A stretch of 64,000 nucleotides of DNA, taken from Auanema rhodensis. Its lineage: Eukaryota; Animalia; Nematoda. Numbering within the stretch: position 1 is the stretch's first letter; each line of letters starts with the position of its first letter. Made by a program: the position numbers and the translations under genes. The notes under the pieces are model-generated. The model worked only from the letters and a program-made list of their open reading frames with translations. It did no database searches and was not told where the DNA came from. Below are positions 63,942 through 64,000 of the stretch, piece after piece. The DNA is taken from NCBI GenBank assembly GCA_964057225.1, contig OZ059894.1, forward strand, positions 8,184,001 through 8,248,000. The letters run 5' to 3'.

Positions 63942-64000
63942 GAGCCCACCCGGGAGCGAAATATTTTTGGTTTCCACAGTTCCAATTAAGCGAAATTAAA
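63125..64000 (+). repeat. tRNA-Asn(GTT) tandem array, block 5 (continues beyond window end)
   Basis: 3' part of the split gene plus three complete genes at 259-bp period. Confidence 0.96.

Overview
Eukaryotic DNA, most likely nematode (inferred from the tRNA-Asn sequence and from short 44-52 nt introns ending TTTAG). The backbone is a head-to-tail array of about 110 tRNA-Asn(GTT) genes in 259/271-bp units. Four independent LTR-retrotransposon insertions interrupt it, each with a 4-bp target-site duplication (TSD). Family A is Ty3/Gypsy-like, with 345-bp LTRs ending in non-canonical CG...CG and a tRNA-Gln primer site. It occurs as one autonomous 18.2-kb three-LTR copy and two 3.5-kb deletion derivatives. 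Its single 2977-codon ORF has the order gag - envelope-like glycoprotein - pol. Its first about 400 codons lie in a 1.3-kb stretch with no ATG in any frame, and its leader carries an antisense, intron-containing accessory gene present in two versions only about 51% identical. Family B (374-383-bp LTRs) contributes the most striking object: an integrated chimera (53063-62216, TSD AGGC) in which about 5.2 kb of a nege/kita-like positive-strand RNA virus replicase (capping methyltransferase, OTU-like protease, FtsJ-like methyltransferase, SF1 helicase) replaces the element interior. Both junctions fit reverse-transcriptase template switching. A non-autonomous B copy later inserted into the viral sequence, and one end was duplicated with templated filler. 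Domain calls are from motifs read by eye; no database searches were run.
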